From a virus, in the IMG/VR virus record IMGVR_UViG_3300027708_000051, positions 13,961 to 77,960 of that record: a stretch of 64,000 nt of DNA. One strand, 5' to 3'. Each line of letters starts with the position of its first letter. Position 1 is the stretch's first letter. Below, piece by piece: positions 1-10,300 of the stretch. The position numbers were made by a program, and so were the translations under genes. The notes beneath the pieces are model-generated. The model worked only from the letters and a program-made list of their open reading frames with translations, ran no database searches and was not told the origin of the DNA.

Positions 1-548
1 TACCATCTGATACTGTGACGATGATGCAAATTAAGAACCAAATCAGAAAAATGATTTCTGAAGGAATTAAAATTGATATGGTATTATTGGACTACATTGA
101 TTGTGTTGTTCCGGATAAAAACTTGGGTGATGAATGGAAATCTGAGGGTTCTGTTATGAGAGGTTTTGAATCTATGTGTCACGAACTTGACTTGGTAGGA
201 TGGACAGCAACTCAGGGTAATAGAAGTTCAATATCTTCGGATGTTGTAACAACCGACCAAATGGGTGGGTCTATTAAAAAAGCTCAGGTTGGACACGTAA
301 TTATTTCCGTGGCTAAATCTCTACAACAAAAAGAGATGAAATTAGCAACAATTGCAATTACTAAATCACGTATTGGTGATGATGGTGTTGTATTTGAGAA
401 TTGTAAATTTGATAACGGTATGTTGGAGATTGATACAGAGAGTTCAGTGACTTTCTTAGGATTAGAAGAACAAACCGAAGAAAGAAACAGACAAAGAATC
501 AAAGACTTGTTAGACAAAAGAAAACAAAAAGAACAAACACAAAATTAA
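1..548 (+). CDS. Replicative DnaB/T4 gp41-like helicase, C-terminal part (5' truncated by window)
   Basis: Walker [16 protein letters not shown], final KSRIG-DG strand typical of SF4 helicases. Confidence 0.85.
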   Translation, partial: PSDTVTMMQIKNQIRKMISEGIKIDMVLLDYIDCVVPDKNLGDEWKSEGSVMRGFESMCHELDLVGWTATQGNRSSISSDVVTTDQMGGSIKKAQVGHVIISVAKSLQQKEMKLATIAITKSRIGDDGVVFENCKFDNGMLEIDTESSVTFLGLEEQTEERNRQRIKDLLDKRKQKEQTQN

Positions 549-555
549 TTTAAAA

Positions 556-1506
556 ATGAAAGAAAAAATATTAGAACCAAATAATGACCGATTTGTTATT
601 TTCCCTATTGAACATAATGATATATGGGAATTTTACAAACAACATCAAGCCGCTTTTTGGACGGCTGAAGAAGTAGATTTATCTAACGACATTAGAGATT
701 GGGAAAACCTATCTGACAATGAAAGATATTTCCTTAAAAATATATTAGCGTTCTTCGCAGCGTCTGATGGTATTGTAAATGAAAACTTGGCTGAGAATTT
801 CTTAAAAGAGGTTCAATATGCAGAAGCAAAGTTCTTTTACGGATTCCAAATTATGATGGAGAACATTCACTCATTAATGTATTCATTGTTGATTGATACA
901 TATGTGTCTGATGATAAAGAGAAAGATGAATGTTTCCACGCTATTGATAGATTGCCGGCAGTTCAAAAGAAAGCTAAATGGGCTCTTGATTGGATTGAGA
1001 ACGCTTCTTTTCAAGAAAGATTAGTTGCGTTCGCAGCGGTTGAAGGAATTTTCTTTTCAGGTTCATTCTGTTCTATTTTTTGGATGAAATCAAGAGGAAT
1101 TATGCAAGGATTGTGTAATGCTAATAGTCTTATCTTTAAAGATGAGAATTTACACTGTGATTTTGCAATTCATTTGATTAACAATCACGTTGAGAACAAA
1201 CCAACAGAAAAAAGAATCAAAGAAATCTTACTTTCTGCATTAGAGATTGAAAAAGAATTTATTACTGAATCATTACCGGTATCTTTAATTGGTATGAATT
1301 CTAACTTAATGAAACAATACCTTGAGTTTGTTACTGATGGGTTATTAGTTAAATTTGGATGTAAAAAACACTTTAATGTGGAACAACCATTTAAATTTAT
1401 GGAACAGATTGCTGTTGAAACAAAAGGTAACTTCTTTGAATCAAGAACAATGGAGTATCAAAAGGCCAAGTTAGGCGAGTCATTAACATTTACGGAGGAT
1501 TTTTAA
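556..1506 (+). CDS. nrdB: Ribonucleotide reductase class Ia beta subunit
   Basis: [30 protein letters not shown] (radical Tyr), [15 protein letters not shown]. Confidence 0.97.
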   Translation: MKEKILEPNNDRFVIFPIEHNDIWEFYKQHQAAFWTAEEVDLSNDIRDWENLSDNERYFLKNILAFFAASDGIVNENLAENFLKEVQYAEAKFFYGFQIMMENIHSLMYSLLIDTYVSDDKEKDECFHAIDRLPAVQKKAKWALDWIENASFQERLVAFAAVEGIFFSGSFCSIFWMKSRGIMQGLCNANSLIFKDENLHCDFAIHLINNHVENKPTEKRIKEILLSALEIEKEFITESLPVSLIGMNSNLMKQYLEFVTDGLLVKFGCKKHFNVEQPFKFMEQIAVETKGNFFESRTMEYQKAKLGESLTFTEDF

Positions 1507-1507
1507 T

Positions 1508-3922
1508 ATGATGTCATTAAAGATAAGAAAAAGAGGGGGTGACGAAGTTTCTTTCAACCCCCAAAAAATTTATAATAGAGTTAAACGTGCCGCAAGAGGA
1601 TTAAACGTAAACGCGGATGAGGTATTCATTAAGGTGATTACTTCAGTTCCAACAGAGGGTGTTATTACAACCAAAGAGTTGGATAAATTAGTTTACGAGA
1701 TTGCTGCGGCATATACCGGAAGTCATCACGATTATTCAAGATTGGCATCTTCTGTTGCTATTTCTGCATATCACAAAGAAACGGATGATAGTTTTTGTAA
1801 CACAATGCACACATTACACGTTGATGGTATTATTAACGATAAGTTAATGGAAACTATTGAACAGTATGGTGTAGATAATATTGATTCTGTAATAAATCAC
1901 GAAAATGATTACAATTTTGATTATTTTGCGTGGAAATCATTATCAGAAATGTATTTGTTGAAAACTCCGGAAGGTAGAGTAATTGAAAGACCTCAACATA
2001 TGTATATGAGAGTTGCTTTATGGGTAACTAAATCATTTGAAGAGGCGGTTGAATATTACAATTCATTATCAAACCAACTTATTTCTCCGGCAACACCAAT
2101 TATGATTAATGCGGGTACTAAAACACCTCAACTAGCATCTTGTGTGTTAAAATACAACCACGGGGATTCTCGTAATGGGTTGTTACAAACATTAAACGAC
2201 ATTTCAACTTATTCATCAGACGCTGCCGGTATTGGATTATGTATGTCTAATATTCGTAGTAAAGAAAGTCGTATTAATTCATCAGGTGGATTTGCCGGTG
2301 GATTGTTGAAGTATCTTAAAATAGTAAATGAATCATTACGGTTCTTTAACCAACAAGGAAGAAGACCGGGAAGTGCCGCTATCTACATTGAACCTTGGCA
2401 CAAGGATATTATAGATTTATTGGATATTAAGAAGAATACAGGTGCTGAGGAGTTAAGAGCAAGAGATTTATTTACATCTATATGGTTACCGGACAACTTT
2501 ATGAATGCGGTTAAAGATAATAAGGATTGGTATTTGTTCTGTCCTAATGATATTATCAAAGCGGGTATCAAACCATTACAGGAAACTTATGGTGATGAAT
2601 ATGAAGATAACTACAACAAAGCGGTTGAGCTTGGACTTGGTAAAAAAGTAAAAGCACAAACAATTTGGAATAAAATTATTGAATCTCAAGTTGAAACAGG
2701 TGTTCCTTATTTATGTTCTAAGGATAGTGCGAACAGAAAAACTAATCATCAAAACATTGGGGTGATTAAACAATCTAACTTATGTAATGAGATTTACCAA
2801 TATACTGATGAAGAAACTACGGCTATCTGTACTCTATCTTCTATGGTATTGAAAAACTTTATTGTTAAAGGTGAATTTGATTTCAAATTACTGTATAGTG
2901 AGGTTAGAAAAGTTGTTAGAGCACTTAACAAAGTTGTTGATATTAATAGTTACTCAACTGAACAAGGTAGAAAAGGTGGTTTAGAACAAAGAGCAATTGC
3001 TATTGGAACACAAGGTCTTGCTGACGTATTTTATTTAATGGATTACATATTCACATCTGAAGAGGCAAGAAAGTTAAACAAAGAAATCTTTGAAACTATC
3101 TATTTTGCGGCAATCACTGAGAGTATGGAGTTATGTAAATCGGGTGAATATAAACCATACGAATTCTTTAAAAATTCTCCAATGTCAAAAGGAATATTCC
3201 AATTTGATATGTGGGGATTAGATTACGAAGGGTTAAGTAGAATGTGGGATTGGGACTCACTTAAATTAGAAGTTTCCAATCACGGGGTTTGTAACTCGTT
3301 ATTTACTGCTCAGATGCCAGTAGCGTCTTCTGCTAAAATTACAGGTTCATTTGAGATGACAGAACCGGCTCACTCGGCATTATTTAATCGTCGTGTAGTT
3401 GGTGGGGAAATCTTAATTGTTAACAAATACTTAATTACTGATTTTGAGAAAGTAGGTATTTGGTGTGAGGATTTAAAAAATGAAATCATTATGAATGAAG
3501 GTTCGGTTCAAAATATCAATTTCAATCATTATCTTGATGTTGAGGATAAAAACTACAACAAAAAAGTTAAGAGAATTGAACATTTAATTCCAAAGTATAA
3601 AACAATTTGGGAGATATCTCAAAGAGAACTTATTGATATGGCGGCTGACAGAGCACCATTTATTGACCAATCACAATCTATGAATATCTATATGTCAAAC
3701 CCAACATTGTCAAAGATTTCGTCATCACACTTTCACTCTTGGGGTAGAGGATTGAAAACTCTTTGTTATTATGTTAGAACAAAGGCGATATCAACCGGAG
3801 CAAAACACTTGGCGGTGGATATCTCAAAAGTAGGTCAACCAAAACCAATTGAGAAACCAACGGTTGAATTAACACAAAAACCTTCGGATTCCGAGTTTGA
3901 GTGTTTCGGATGTGGTTCTTAA
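1508..3922 (+). CDS. nrdA: Ribonucleotide reductase class Ia alpha subunit with N-terminal ATP cone
   Basis: ATP cone, SPATP, QSNLCNEI, MPVASS, DQSQS, KTLCYY, C-terminal CFGC; no intein apparent. Confidence 0.97.
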   Translation: MMSLKIRKRGGDEVSFNPQKIYNRVKRAARGLNVNADEVFIKVITSVPTEGVITTKELDKLVYEIAAAYTGSHHDYSRLASSVAISAYHKETDDSFCNTMHTLHVDGIINDKLMETIEQYGVDNIDSVINHENDYNFDYFAWKSLSEMYLLKTPEGRVIERPQHMYMRVALWVTKSFEEAVEYYNSLSNQLISPATPIMINAGTKTPQLASCVLKYNHGDSRNGLLQTLNDISTYSSDAAGIGLCMSNIRSKESRINSSGGFAGGLLKYLKIVNESLRFFNQQGRRPGSAAIYIEPWHKDIIDLLDIKKNTGAEELRARDLFTSIWLPDNFMNAVKDNKDWYLFCPNDIIKAGIKPLQETYGDEYEDNYNKAVELGLGKKVKAQTIWNKIIESQVETGVPYLCSKDSANRKTNHQNIGVIKQSNLCNEIYQYTDEETTAICTLSSMVLKNFIVKGEFDFKLLYSEVRKVVRALNKVVDINSYSTEQGRKGGLEQRAIAIGTQGLADVFYLMDYIFTSEEARKLNKEIFETIYFAAITESMELCKSGEYKPYEFFKNSPMSKGIFQFDMWGLDYEGLSRMWDWDSLKLEVSNHGVCNSLFTAQMPVASSAKITGSFEMTEPAHSALFNRRVVGGEILIVNKYLITDFEKVGIWCEDLKNEIIMNEGSVQNINFNHYLDVEDKNYNKKVKRIEHLIPKYKTIWEISQRELIDMAADRAPFIDQSQSMNIYMSNPTLSKISSSHFHSWGRGLKTLCYYVRTKAISTGAKHLAVDISKVGQPKPIEKPTVELTQKPSDSEFECFGCGS

Positions 3923-3932
3923 TAAGAATATA

Positions 3933-3958
3933 AATCACGGCTTAGGTCGTGATTTTTT
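3933..3958 (+). terminator. Intrinsic terminator after nrdA
   Basis: AATCACGGC-TTAG-GTCGTGATT stem followed by T run. Confidence 0.8.
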
Positions 3959-3995
3959 ATTTTGGGGGTATTTATAAAAAATAATGACGACACTA

Positions 3996-4003
3996 TATTT
4001 ATA
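3996..4003 (+). promoter_or_regulatory. TATTTATA putative late promoter (second copy at 3969-3976)
   Basis: Octamer 3 nt before ATG 4007; recurs upstream of many structural/late genes. Confidence 0.6.
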
Positions 4004-4006
4004 GTT

Positions 4007-4465
4007 ATGGCAGATGGAACAACATATGGTTTAACTTTTCCCTTCAGAGATTCTTTTGATGGGAAATATTTAGATTTATCAAGTTATAATGACCAAGAAA
4101 TTAGGTCTAATTTGATACATCTTTTATTATCTAAAAAAGGTAGTAGATATTATTTACCTGATTTTGGAACAAGATTATATGAATTTATATTTGAGCCATT
4201 AGACGGACCAACTTTTTCTGAAATAGAAACTGAAATAAGAGAATCTGCCGGAGTGTATTTACCGGGAATAAGAATAACTAATATTTCAATTACTGCGGCA
4301 TCAGATGGTGATGAAGATAAAGGTAGTTATATAAACGATAATGATGAAAGAGTATTTCGTGTACCTAACATCTCAAATAATGAACATACTGCAAAAGTTA
4401 AAATTGATTATATCATTAATGATGATGTGTTTAATAGTAGCGATTTTGTAATTATTAATATATAA
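4007..4465 (+). CDS. Baseplate wedge protein, T4 gp25/GPW-like
   Basis: IRSNLIHLLL-KKGSRYYLPDFGTRLYEFIFEP; ATG 4007 preferred over the TTG at 3962. Confidence 0.88.
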   Translation: MADGTTYGLTFPFRDSFDGKYLDLSSYNDQEIRSNLIHLLLSKKGSRYYLPDFGTRLYEFIFEPLDGPTFSEIETEIRESAGVYLPGIRITNISITAASDGDEDKGSYINDNDERVFRVPNISNNEHTAKVKIDYIINDDVFNSSDFVIINI

Positions 4466-4469
4466 AATT

Positions 4470-6308
4470 ATGGCAAACAAAAAAATTTCCTATACTACAA
4501 GAGATTTCCAATCAATTAGAACAGAGTTAATCAACTTTACAAAAACTTATTACCCTGACACTATTCAAAACTTTAATGATGCGTCAGTATTTTCAGTATT
4601 GTTGGATTTAAATGCTGCGGTAACTGACAATTTACAATTTAATATTGATAGAAGTATCCAAGAAACGGTCCTTCAATATGCACAACAAAGGTCATCAATT
4701 TTTAATATTGCAAAAACTTACGGATTAAAAGTTCCGGGAATGAGACCATCAGTTGCTTTAGTTGATTTTTCAATTACAGTTCCTGCTTATGGTGATAAAG
4801 AAGATTTAAGATATTGTGGTATTTTAAGGAGAGGTTCTCAAGTCAATGGAGCGGGTCAAGTATTTGAAACTGTTTATGATATTGATTTTGCGTCACCAAT
4901 AAATGCGGAGGGGTATCCTAATAGATTAAAGATTCCTAATTTTGATTCAAATAACAAATTATTAAATTATACCATAACTAAAAGAGAAACGGTTGTTAAT
5001 GGAACAACTAAAGTATTCAAAAAAGTAATTACACCAAATGATGTTAGACCTTTCTACGAATTATTTTTACCTGATAAAAACGTGTTAGGGGTGACTAGTG
5101 TATTATTAAAAGATAGTACACAATATACGAATATCCCGTCTGTACAAGAGTTTTTAGGATTAGATAACAGATGGTATGAAGTGGATTCTTTGGCGGAAGA
5201 CAGAGTATTTGTTGAAGACCCAACCAAAGTATCTGACGCTCCGGGAATTAAAGTTGGAAAATATTTACAAGTTAGTGATAAATTTATTACAGAATTTACA
5301 CCTGAAGGATTTTTAAAAATGACTTTTGGTGGTGGTTCTCAATCGGCTGATGAACAATTAAGAGAATTTGCGAGAGATGGTTACCAATTAAATTTATACA
5401 AATACTCAAACAATTTGGCTTTAGGTAGTTCATTGAAGGCAAATACAACATTATTTGTTCAGTATAGAGTCGGTGGTGGTGTTGGTAGTAATATTGGTGT
5501 TAATGCAATTACTCAAATAGGTACTGTTTCATTCTTTGTTAATGGACCTTCAGATAGTGTTAATACAACTGTAGTTAATTCATTAAGATGTACCAATGTG
5601 ACTGCGGCTATTGGTGGAGCGGGATTTCCAACTACAGAAGAAGTTAGAAATTTGGTTGCATACAATTTCTCGGCACAAAAAAGAGCTGTAACTGTTAACG
5701 ACTATGAATCAATAATTAGAACAATGCCGTCACAATTTGGTGCACCGGCTAAAGTATCTATTACTGAAAATAATAATAAAATTATTGTTCAAATGTTATC
5801 TTATGATGAAACAGGTAGATTAACTGAAGTTATATCTAACACATTAAAAAACAATGTGGCTAACTATCTTTCAAACTATCGTATGATAAATGATTATGTT
5901 TCTATTCAAAGTGCTAATGTTATTGATTTAAGTTTTAATATTGACGTTGTTTTAGATAATACTCAGAATCAAGGAACTGTAATATCTCAAATTATTACTA
6001 TCGTTTCAAATTATTTTGACCCGGCAAATAGACATATGGGTGAAAATGTTAATATATCTGAATTAAGACGACAAATACAAAGTGAAAATGGGGTAATTTC
6101 ATTATCTGATATTCAAGTTTTCAATCAAGTGGGGGGACAATATTCATCTTCACAAACATCTCAAAGATATATTGATTCTACAACAAAACAAATTGAATTG
6201 ATTGACGATACTATTTTTGCGGAACCAAATCAAACTTATCAGGTTAAATATCCTAATAAAGATATTAATATTAGAGTTAAAAATTTAAAAACCGTTAACT
6301 TCTCTTGA
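4470..6308 (+). CDS. Baseplate wedge protein, T4 gp6/P2 gpJ-like
   Basis: RDFQSIRTELINF, AQQRSSIFNIAKTYG, YRVGGGVGSN, AQKRAVTVNDY. Confidence 0.88.
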   Translation: MANKKISYTTRDFQSIRTELINFTKTYYPDTIQNFNDASVFSVLLDLNAAVTDNLQFNIDRSIQETVLQYAQQRSSIFNIAKTYGLKVPGMRPSVALVDFSITVPAYGDKEDLRYCGILRRGSQVNGAGQVFETVYDIDFASPINAEGYPNRLKIPNFDSNNKLLNYTITKRETVVNGTTKVFKKVITPNDVRPFYELFLPDKNVLGVTSVLLKDSTQYTNIPSVQEFLGLDNRWYEVDSLAEDRVFVEDPTKVSDAPGIKVGKYLQVSDKFITEFTPEGFLKMTFGGGSQSADEQLREFARDGYQLNLYKYSNNLALGSSLKANTTLFVQYRVGGGVGSNIGVNAITQIGTVSFFVNGPSDSVNTTVVNSLRCTNVTAAIGGAGFPTTEEVRNLVAYNFSAQKRAVTVNDYESIIRTMPSQFGAPAKVSITENNNKIIVQMLSYDETGRLTEVISNTLKNNVANYLSNYRMINDYVSIQSANVIDLSFNIDVVLDNTQNQGTVISQIITIVSNYFDPANRHMGENVNISELRRQIQSENGVISLSDIQVFNQVGGQYSSSQTSQRYIDSTTKQIELIDDTIFAEPNQTYQVKYPNKDINIRVKNLKTVNFS

Positions 6309-6339
6309 TAGAGTTATATTAGTTACTTATTTTTAGAGA

Positions 6340-7251
6340 ATGGAGGTATTATCTAATTTTCTTGAAATAATTAAAGGTAATAATGGGACGTGGGCTCAGG
6401 CAATTTTTAATGGGTTAATTTTAAATATTAAATTTATTCTTGGATTAGTTATTCTTATTTATTTTATTAAAAAACTAAATAAAATAAAATCATTTGAAGC
6501 TTTTATAGTTTTGATTTCTCTTCTTTTTATGATTAGTGAATGTCGTTTATTTTATGATAGACGAAAATTAGAAATTTTACACAATGAAGTTTCTTATTAT
6601 AATCAAAACACTGAAAATTTAGTAATTGTTGTTCAAGGGGCTAATAACCCATTCACAGACGCTATAAATTATAATAAAACACAAGTTGATTTTACAAAAT
6701 CCCGAGATATTGATGGGTTAGGGTTAATTGAGGGTAAATTAAATACTTCAACAACAAAAGTAATTACTTATGTTGGGACACATAGTTATACTTTAACACC
6801 GGAAGATGTATATGAAACGGTATATTATTTCAGATTATTTAAACCTAAAGGTAAAATAATTTTAGTTGGTCATAGTGTTGGTGGTTATGGTTTAACTGAA
6901 GTGTTAGATAAATTAAATATTAATAATGTTTCTGTTGATTTAGTAATATTTTTAGATAATGCTAATAAATTGTACAACAATTTTGATTATAAAGTAAAAT
7001 CTAATGTTAACTATGTAATTAATTTTACATCACCAAAATGGGCTGACAATTTTTATTTTTTCACTAATGCGGGTGGTAGGGTTAGTAGAGATAATAAAAA
7101 TAACGTTACTGATATTTTTAATTTAGAAATTCCTAAAACAACACATACAAGTATTGATAATAAAATACCAAATGATATCTCAAATATTATTTATGATTAC
7201 GTAAATAATGACTCTAATCCAATCAATTTTACTAAAAAATATAAGTTTTAA
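6340..7251 (+). CDS. Membrane-anchored alpha/beta hydrolase (lipase/esterase-like)
   Basis: Two N-terminal hydrophobic helices; VIVVQG; GHSVGG nucleophile elbow; LVIFLD; THTSID. Confidence 0.7.
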   Translation: MEVLSNFLEIIKGNNGTWAQAIFNGLILNIKFILGLVILIYFIKKLNKIKSFEAFIVLISLLFMISECRLFYDRRKLEILHNEVSYYNQNTENLVIVVQGANNPFTDAINYNKTQVDFTKSRDIDGLGLIEGKLNTSTTKVITYVGTHSYTLTPEDVYETVYYFRLFKPKGKIILVGHSVGGYGLTEVLDKLNINNVSVDLVIFLDNANKLYNNFDYKVKSNVNYVINFTSPKWADNFYFFTNAGGRVSRDNKNNVTDIFNLEIPKTTHTSIDNKIPNDISNIIYDYVNNDSNPINFTKKYKF

Positions 7252-7304
7252 TCATAATTTATTTTTAAAAATTATGAATTATCTTTTAAAAATAGTGTAT
7301 AAAC

Positions 7305-7312
7305 TATTTATT
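7305..7312 (+). promoter_or_regulatory. TATTTATT putative late promoter in 3' arm of an AT-rich hairpin (about 7280-7322)
   Basis: Motif 14 nt before ATG 7327; TATCTTTTAAAAATAGT...ACTATTTATTTAAAAAGATA imperfect inverted repeat. Confidence 0.5.
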
Positions 7313-7326
7313 TAAAAAGATAAAAA

Positions 7327-10300
7327 ATGTCAAAGTCATATAGAGTAAGAACGAAGGTTGGTGTCGATACTTCTTTAAAAGTATTAATAGAACAAGAATT
7401 CGAGCATTTAGAAATTCTATCCTTAAAAATTTTACAAAGTGATATCTACACGAGACAATGTTCCGATTATGGAGTTATTGTTGGTCGTGTTAGTGTTAAT
7501 AATGGGTTTGGTATCCCAAATGCTAAAGTTTCTATCTTCATTCCTATAGATAGTGTTGACCAAAAAAATCCAATTATATCTGAATTATATCCGTATACAT
7601 CATTGTTAGTTAATAATGATGAGGGGTATAGATATAATTTATTGCCTTATGTTAAATCATATAGTGCACACGTTCCAACCGGAACTTTCTTTACCAGAAA
7701 TGATGTATTAACAGACCCTACTTTAATTGAAGTTTACGACAAATATTATAAATATAATGCGGTAACTAATGAAAGTGGTGATTATATGATATTTGGAGTT
7801 CCTGTGGGTTCTCATACTATAGTTATGGATGTTGACTTATCTGATATTGGTGAATTTTCATTGTCTCCTCAGGATTTAATTAGAATGGGTATTGCGACCG
7901 AAGCTCAAGTTTCCGGAACTAGTTTTAAATCGTCAAACAATTTACGTGAATTACCTCAAATCATTAATCTTAGTAAATCTATTGAAGTGGAACCATTATG
8001 GGGTCAACCTGAAATTTGTAATTTAGGGATTACAAGAACAGATTTTGATTTAAGTAGTGAGGCTAATGTTGATATTAGACCTACGGCAATTTTTATGGGG
8101 TCAATAATTTCAGGTCCAAATAGTAGTTCAGTTACAACAGGATGTAGACCACCAAATAATTCAGGTCATTTATGTAATTTAACTGTGGGTCCTGGTGATA
8201 TATTGTCAATTAGACAAACAATTAAACAAGATTCAAATGGTAGACCAATTTTAGAAAATTTTAGTTTAGAAAGTGGGGGTAAAGTTATTGATGAAAATGG
8301 GACTTGGTTAATTGATGTTCCAATGAATTTGGATTATTACACTACTAATGAGTTTGGTGAACAAGTTTTATCTAATGACCCTGAAGTAGGTATACCAACC
8401 AAAGGTAAATACAGATTTAAAGTTAAATGGTCTCAATCTCCATCATCAAGTGAACCGACAAAACGAGGTTATTTTTTAGTTCCAAACATTAAAGAATATA
8501 ATGGTAATAATACTCAGAAATCGTATGCGTTCAGTGTTGATTGGAATGATTATGCGTACACGGGTACAACATCTGATAATATATTAGCACAAAAAATTGT
8601 TCAAGAAGCTATTAATTGTGATGATAAATTTTATCTAATGCAATATAATAAAGTTTATACCGTATCACAATTTATTGATGGTGTCACGGCAGGTTCAGGA
8701 ATAGAAAGATATGTTGGTATTAAAAATATATTAGACGAGACTTGTTCGGGACTTAATAATAGATTCCCAACAAATGACGGTAATTTTAGATTTGATATTT
8801 TATATATCATTTTTATGTTTTTTAGTATTATATTAACACCGGTATTTTTTGCGTTAATATTATTACTTCATATTTTATATTTTGTAATTTGGTTAGTACG
8901 AGAATTTGTTATATACGTTTTTATTAGTTGGGCAATATACCAATCGGTAAATGCTTTTATATTATCAGTTACTTCATATCCGGCATTAGGTTTAATATTT
9001 GGGTATGTTGCTTTAGGATTATTTTATCTTGGGTTAGCTGCGTTTTTTTATTGGTTGAAAAAACAATTAGACAAAATTGATTTAAGTGGGATAAAAGTTC
9101 CTATTTTAACATATCCGGATTGTGAGTTATGTTCTTGTAGTCCTGATTCACAAACTAGTTCTGAAGGAACTGATGATGGTACGGGGGCACAGGCTTTGGC
9201 AGCGACTAATCAAGCAAAACCTTGTCCATCAATAAAATCAGACAATGGGGTTACATCAATAACACTTTCTCCTGGTATATTGCAATTATTCAGTGTGGGT
9301 TCTTATTTGTTAAAACCAATAGGTCCTGAAAATTTACCAGGTCCTCCTTATTTACCTAATACAGGATTTTTACCTGAACGTATACCGGTATACTCTCAAG
9401 AATTTGCCGGATTATCATATGATAATCAATACGCTTCTGTAAATATTGGTGCTCCTTATTTAACTTTAGCTCAAAGTTCTAATCCTGATTTAAGTAGATA
9501 TGTTTACACCACTAGTCTACCATTACCGGATAGAATTAATTTATTTAATGTTAAGGCGAAATATTTTGATTCATCGGCATTTAATCCGGGTGGTGGTGTA
9601 AATAGAATTTCTGTTAATTTTAATCCTCAACAATCAGAATTTCACACTGATAATACAGTTGTAATTATTTGTGATAAAGCGTCTATTCAAAATTTATCCG
9701 TAGGTACTATGGTTGCATTCCAAAATCCGACAATAAGTAACGATGTTAATTTAACGGGTGGAACTACAAATGTTTATGGTAACAATGCGATTACTGGTTT
9801 TACAACAACAGGGTTGAGTAATGTTACTGTAAACTATGCTAACCCTAATGGTTCAGGTAATTTACAAAAAACATACTCAGTTAATATAACGGCGACTACC
9901 ACAAACACATATCATAAGTTTCCTACTGATATGGAGTATTTTCAAGTAATTACTGCGATGACATATAGTCAATTTAGTAGTCAATGTAATCCTTCATCTA
10001 GTCCTGATTCATTAAATAATCGTTACATAAATAATACAACATTACTTGGGCAAGAATATTTGGATGGTTTTGGTTATTACTTTTGGCATTTGAATTATTT
10101 TCATAGAGATAATGTCACACTTAGACCTATGGATTATGTTAAAGATAAAAACGAAGTTTGTGTTTTAATATTAAATAGAGGTGTTGACCCTTATACCCCT
10201 AAAGTACCGATTGAGTATGGTTTGGGTAAATTATTTGGATACACTAATGAGGGTGATAAAAAGGTAAAAGGTTTTTATCATATGAACATTCCTATTCAAG

